Shown here: positions 57,921 through 64,000 of the stretch, piece after piece | Layout: each line of letters starts with the position of its first letter | Numbering within the stretch: position 1 is the first letter of the stretch | NCBI GenBank assembly: GCA_951406725.2 | Contig: OX597838.1 | Span: 2,542,001-2,606,000 of the forward strand | Direction of reading: 5' to 3' | From: Octopus vulgaris | Taxonomy: Eukaryota | DNA: 64,000 nt | The notes under the pieces: model-generated | What the model was told of the DNA's origin: nothing | Database searches by the model: none | What the model saw: only the letters and a program-made list of their open reading frames with translations | Position numbers and translations under genes: made by a program

Positions 57921-58140
57921 GTGGCGAGGTGGCAGAAACGTTGGAGCGTCGGCAAAATATTAATTCCCGGTATTCAATCGAACTCTTTACATTCGCAGTT
58001 CAAATTCCGTTGTAGTCTGCCTCTCACTTTTCCATTCTTTCGGGGCTGAGGCAGAATGAAATACAAATGAAATACTGCTATCGAAGTCAATGGATCAATC
58101 CGCGTCCCCACCAAAACCCGCATTTGCTGGTCTTGTACCT
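57921..58140 (+). mobile_element. SINE family A, old and diverged
   Basis: gtggcgaggtggcagaaacgtt...gttcaaattccg...ttctttcgggg...ttgctggtcttgtacc. Confidence 0.7.
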
Positions 58141-58341
58141 CAATTAAAAATCGTCATTATTTTAACGTATATTAACTGAAGTATGGAGAGCGCAGAGGAG
58201 TGCATCCGCGGTTGGATCGTCCCCAAGCAGAAAGGGATCCGGAATTTTGAAGAATCTTTAAGAAAATATTTAGGATGAAGAGAAGGGGATGAGAACGAAG
58301 AAGAATGGAAAATAGAGTTTAGATAAAACAAGCAGCAGCAG

Positions 58342-58423
<82 letters not shown>

Positions 58424-58626
58424 GTGTATGTGTGTGTGTTTTATTAAATCTTCGAAATCATCACGGAATTGTTTCACATTCCCGTTCGTCGAACAGTTGT
58501 GCTAAATACATACAAACATATACATATACATATGTGTGTACATATGTATATATACATATACATATACATGTGTGTATATATATATATATATGCATATATG
58601 TATTTGTATATATATATGTGTGTGTA

Positions 58627-58666
<40 letters not shown>

Positions 58667-58673
58667 CATACAC

Positions 58674-58721
<48 letters not shown>

Positions 58722-58723
58722 CT

Positions 58724-59110
58724 AAATGCTTTCTAATCGACGTATAAAATACCGTCAGATGGTAATGTTTCTCTAAAACAAGCAGAGAAATTCTCACAAT
58801 ACAAAGATCTGGAAATAGAGATAACTGTAATATGAAACTTAAAAACAGGAACAATTCCTATCATAATAGGCGCATTAGGTATGATAAAAAATATTCAGAC
58901 AAACATATAACGAAAACACCAGGACTTACAAATATATATAACTTAAGAAAACAGCACTACTGTTCGCCGCACACATCCTGCGCAAAACACTTTCAATACA
59001 GTCACCAAAAGAGCAGCACAACAAACCACAGCACATAGCCAAGGCACATAGAGCTGCGCTCGTCAGTGAATTGAAAGCACGTGACAGAAATAAGAGCATG
59101 GAATAGTAGT
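58724..59110 (+). mobile_element. R4/Dong-like 3' fragment (RLE C-terminal half and 3' UTR)
   Basis: KCFLIDV...[24 protein letters not shown]...[47 protein letters not shown] with frameshifts. Confidence 0.88.
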
Positions 59111-59261
59111 AAAAAGGACAAGGCGGCAAAATTTAGAGAAGCAACAGCTTATATTATTGCAGCTCTTTTTGGTGGGGCCTGTAATGGCGGCTATATATTG
59201 GTTTGTGTTGTCAGGCGGGTTAGATGGAGTAGTTGAAATCAGGAGGAAGACAAATAAGAGG

Positions 59262-59365
59262 GGAAACCCGAAGGAGGAAGGGCGAAGTTGACTTCGGCAC
59301 AACTTGAAATCAGAACGTAAAGACAGACCAAATGCCCAGCAGGTTGGCGATTCTACCAGCTCACC
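59262..59365 (-). mobile_element. SINE family A fragment
   Basis: cccgaagga...gttgacttcggc...tcagaacgtaaagacagac...gattctaccagctcacc. Confidence 0.7.
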
Positions 59366-59905
59366 AATAATAATAATAATAATAATGATGATGATGGTGG
59401 AGGTGGTGGTGAAGGTGTATATGAATTTGTGTACGTATTTCAGTATTATTGTATGTAAATATGTATCTAATAATATACAAGGTGGTGAACAGTTGCTCCA
59501 GCATCGCCACAGTGTAATGACTGAAGCAAGAAAGAAATACAAGATACATATATAGACACATACATACATACATACATACACACACACATACATACATTTC
59601 ATATATATTTCTGTTCTTAAAACATTATTTTGTAATTTGAGTAAAAATCTGTTGCTATCTCTAGCAGGCGAAAGACCATGTGGGCGCTACGTAGGTGGCA
59701 CATTTGAATGTTATACTCTAAAGACTATGGAATACTCTGCGGTCTATGTTGTAAACAAATGTCACAGTCTCAAGGGAAGAGATTTGCTAAGCATATAAAC
59801 ATTTCAGATGATACAGCCTCAATGTGACGTGTGAATGCTTATAGCAATCGTTCTTGACATACAGGAACATAGACAGATAGACAAACAGACAGATAGATAA
59901 ATAGG

Positions 59906-60001
<96 letters not shown>

Positions 60002-60725
60002 TAATAAGAGAATGAGAGAGGAGGTAAGGGAAGGAGACAGAGATTATACAGATAATGTGTGTGTGATTTGATGATGATGATGCTAATGATAATGATGATG
60101 ATGATGATGATAATGATATCATAGTAATAATGATAATAATAATAATAATAATGATAATAATAATTGCAGTAGATAGCTATAATGATGTTCCCTACCAGCC
60201 ACCCCATCGTGACACTATTAGCCTAAGCACCCCAATCCGCAGCTAAAACTTTTAAACGCATACACGCCTAAGCGTTCGAAATCAATGCTAAATATGGAGT
60301 AGGTCAGCTAAAACGCCCACGCCATTTATACACTCACACACAGACACACACACACACATGCTTCCGTGAATACTACTACGCGACTGGCGCTCTCTTGCAA
60401 TAAGAACCACAAATACTTTACACAATTTCGAGTTGACAAAGATCAAACATATGAATTACCCACGTGATCTTTTCCTCTGCCTATCTCCTATATTTCTTCT
60501 CTCTTTCCTCTCTTTTCTTCTCATCATGGGAATCTCTTTTTTGCATCAGAAGAAGATCCTTTTCCGAAACGTTAAACTTTTAGTCGCCAAATTTTACTCC
60601 ATACTTTTTTTCTCCTCCTTTCAGAGTGAAACTAATAACATTAACGGTTAACGTCGCTTGGACGACTTTTCTTTTTTGTTTATGCTTCAGTTCATTTTCG
60701 ACATTGTCATTCGATTTGCTCGATA

Positions 60726-60778
<53 letters not shown>

Positions 60779-61195
60779 GATTCTTTGTAAAGGAGTTGTT
60801 AACTCGAAATATCAAGGCTAAATAACTATTTTTAATGAGAACTTCAATAGGATGATGTTATTCATTTTTACTTTAATGCTGTTCTTGCATTATTTCGGTA
60901 TTCTTTGACAATGTGGTTCACTACATGTTCCAGCCGGCTCCAAACAAATGATAACACAATCCTACGCACACCCAAACACACGCACTCACTAGATATAGAC
61001 ACAAATGCACACACACATACACACACACACACATAAATATATATGAAGATATATATGCATGTATATATATGAATATATGCATATAGATATATAAATATTC
61101 GTAGTATATATATTTATATATGATATATGTATATAGATACATATTTATATATATATATATACATATATATGTATTTATATATGTATATATGCATA

Positions 61196-61251
<56 letters not shown>

Positions 61252-61420
61252 TATGAATATATGCATGCGTCTACAAACCAACTATATTATACAAAATTAT
61301 GTCTAATATCAAATGTGTTTTAATAAATATTTGTGAAAATTAAAAATGAAATTCTGAAATCCAAATGGCATGTATGCATGTATTTATATGTATGTATATG
61401 TGTGCGTCTGTGTGTTTGTG

Positions 61421-61499
<79 letters not shown>

Positions 61500-61803
61500 T
61501 GTGTGTATGTGTGTGCGTGTGCAGACAATAACAACAACTAAAACAAATAATATGAATGATATACAAAAATAACTATATTTGCACATTAGCAAATTAAGCG
61601 AAGTTATAATATTGCAGCGGAGCTTCATGAATCAACAGCTGAATGGATGACGTGAAAATTGCAATATGATAGAAGAAAATTTGAATTTTAATATAGTATA
61701 ATTGAACTGCGATGAAATATCTATAATTCAAATTATAGATTGGCACTAATCTATATATTATATATATATATATATGTATGTATGTATACCTATATGTGTA
61801 TTT

Positions 61804-61892
<89 letters not shown>

Positions 61893-61911
61893 GTGCATGT
61901 ATGTATGCATT

Positions 61912-61953
<42 letters not shown>

Positions 61954-62101
61954 GCCTATATTTGCATATAGAGACATATATGTGGATAGTAATAAAGACA
62001 CAAGCACGCACATGGTAATGTGTGTCACTGAACATTTTGTATGATTGACGAGTCCTAGACGCCCACAAAATTTTTACGTCACGAAGACCTAAATCAAAAG
62101 T

Positions 62102-62149
<48 letters not shown>

Positions 62150-62870
62150 TGGGTGTGTTTGTGGGTGGGTGTATACAGAGTTAGAGTTCAGGTAAAAATT
62201 TCGTCTAATGCCGTAATATAAGAGGTGTATACATTTGTTACTCAACTTTTCTTACCACCAATTTGTATTGTATTTTCCTATGATGAATGGCTATAAGTGA
62301 TTTATCACTGAGCGGGTACATATATAGTATGAAGAAAGAATACTCGGGCAAAAAGTTGGCATCAGCTTAGACAATGGAATTTACATGATTAAACATGATG
62401 TCAGCATTATTACAATAGATTTTCTAGAATACAGTGTATCGTCAGAAATAAGGGAGTAATGAAATGTACACTCTCTTACAGCTGTTTTAAGAATAGTTGC
62501 TTATGTGGTACATGTCTCAGCGAACCAAAATAAGCTACCTATATACTAGTGGACTGTACCGTCTTCTTCGCGATAAAATGTGAAGTAGATATTTAGTAGG
62601 TGAATTTAGTAGTTAACAACTCCATCAGCAAAGAGAGAATGAGATGCACCGTGTTTGCATCTGTTATGGAAACAGCTGTAAGGAACTATTTGCACATCTC
62701 CCGACTACTTTACTTCTTACCATGCACTCTATTCGAACCCTCTTCTGTAACAACTCAGCATTTATATTTATTTATACAAGTTTCATAATTCAAAATTATA
62801 ATAGTTGTTTACTTGTTTATCCTTTCTACACTATACATACATACATATATATATATATACATACATACAT

Positions 62871-62920
<50 letters not shown>

Positions 62921-62978
62921 AAAATGGAGAATACATACACAGAATATTCAATATATTTATTATAATTGTCAATTCATG

Positions 62979-63065
62979 TTGCCTACGCACGTTTCGGTTT
63001 ATTACTTAAATCCACAATTAAATTGCATTATGACCTTGAGAAGGCAAGATCTTTCATCAGGGCAA
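62979..63065 (-). ncRNA. type I hammerhead ribozyme motif with large stem II insert (PLE-like remnant)
   Basis: minus strand UUGCC CUGAUGA [58 nt] GAAA CGUGCG UA GGCAA: perfect 5-bp stem I, near-palindromic stem III ACGUGCGU, GUA triplet; base of stem II imperfect; ~60 nt from a (TA)n tract. Confidence 0.65.
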
Positions 63066-63266
63066 AAATCGACTGTTATTAAGGTAAAAGAAAAAAACTT
63101 TTATTGTTTTCGCACATCCTAACGGATGAGAGTTCAGTTCCAATTGAATTGTAGCATGTGCGTCTTGGATGAATATCCCTAGTAAAGAACAACCTCTTTC
63201 CACACACACACACCACACACACACACATACAGACAGACAGACAGACAGACAAAGAGTCACACAGAC

Positions 63267-63300
<34 letters not shown>

Positions 63301-64000
63301 GTAGCAGATATATATATATATATATATTTTGTGTCTATATGTATTTATGTTTGTACAAACACACATTTCAAATTGAGCCTTTATTTCAGATTACATTTAA
63401 TTGTCAAGTCTAAGGAGTTGTTGTTGTTGTTGTTACTGTTGTAATGATGGTGGAGGCGGTGGTGGAGGTGGTGGTGGCGGTGGTAGTGGTTTAGCATACA
63501 TCTAATAAATGTTGCACATTTCACCATCTTGACTTTATAATAGACGCAGAACATCCGCAACCGCGACGACCACGACGATCACGCCGACAATGACGTTGAT
63601 GATAGCGGTGACGGTGGTGTTGATGATGGTGTTGATGGTGGTAGTGGTGGTGGTGGTGGTGATGATGATTATGAGGGGGGGAGGAGGAGGAGGAGGAGAA
63701 GGAAATTGAGCGGTGGTGGTGGTGGCGAAAGAGGTGGAAATATTGGTGAAACGAAAACGAGATAACAAAATAAGAGAATAGTAGATAAATAGGGGAGAAG
63801 GTGGAGGAGTGTGTGTAAAGAAGCGTAGGACTACAACAACATCAACAACAATATTTAAGCGAACAACATTGGCAACAACAACAAGAACAAAGACAACGAA
63901 TACAAGAACAAAACAACAACAACAACAACAACAACGACAGCAATAACAACATTTATGGCGACACGAAAGCAACAGCCATAACAACACACCACAAAACAAA

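Overview
Eukaryotic, repeat-saturated non-coding DNA (intronic or intergenic). The very dense (TA)n/(CA)n/(GATA)n/(TACA)n/(TAA)n/(GAA)n microsatellites and the tRNA-derived SINE families look like an octopus (coleoid cephalopod) genome; this is an inference from recalled repeat families, not a database result. No intact host protein-coding gene is supported, and nearly all ORF-track entries are microsatellite translations. Recognisable parts: about 20 tRNA-derived SINE copies of at least 4 families, two decayed mariner copies, a Tc1 3' end, three R4/Dong-like non-LTR fragments (two clearly sitting in (TAA)n), and CR1/L2-like and RTE-like fragments. Main hits: (1) a set of type I hammerhead ribozyme (HHR) motifs in Penelope-like (PLE) remnants, mostly next to (TA)n. 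It includes two unrelated long palindromes (130-bp and ~165-bp arms), each carrying a divergent HHR pair, and a three-copy family with a CUGU(N)GA core variant. (2) A strand-specific 35-bp hairpin with pri-miRNA geometry at 54068-54150. (3) An enhancer-like homeodomain/POU/Sox/Meis/E-box motif cluster at ~31090-31265.
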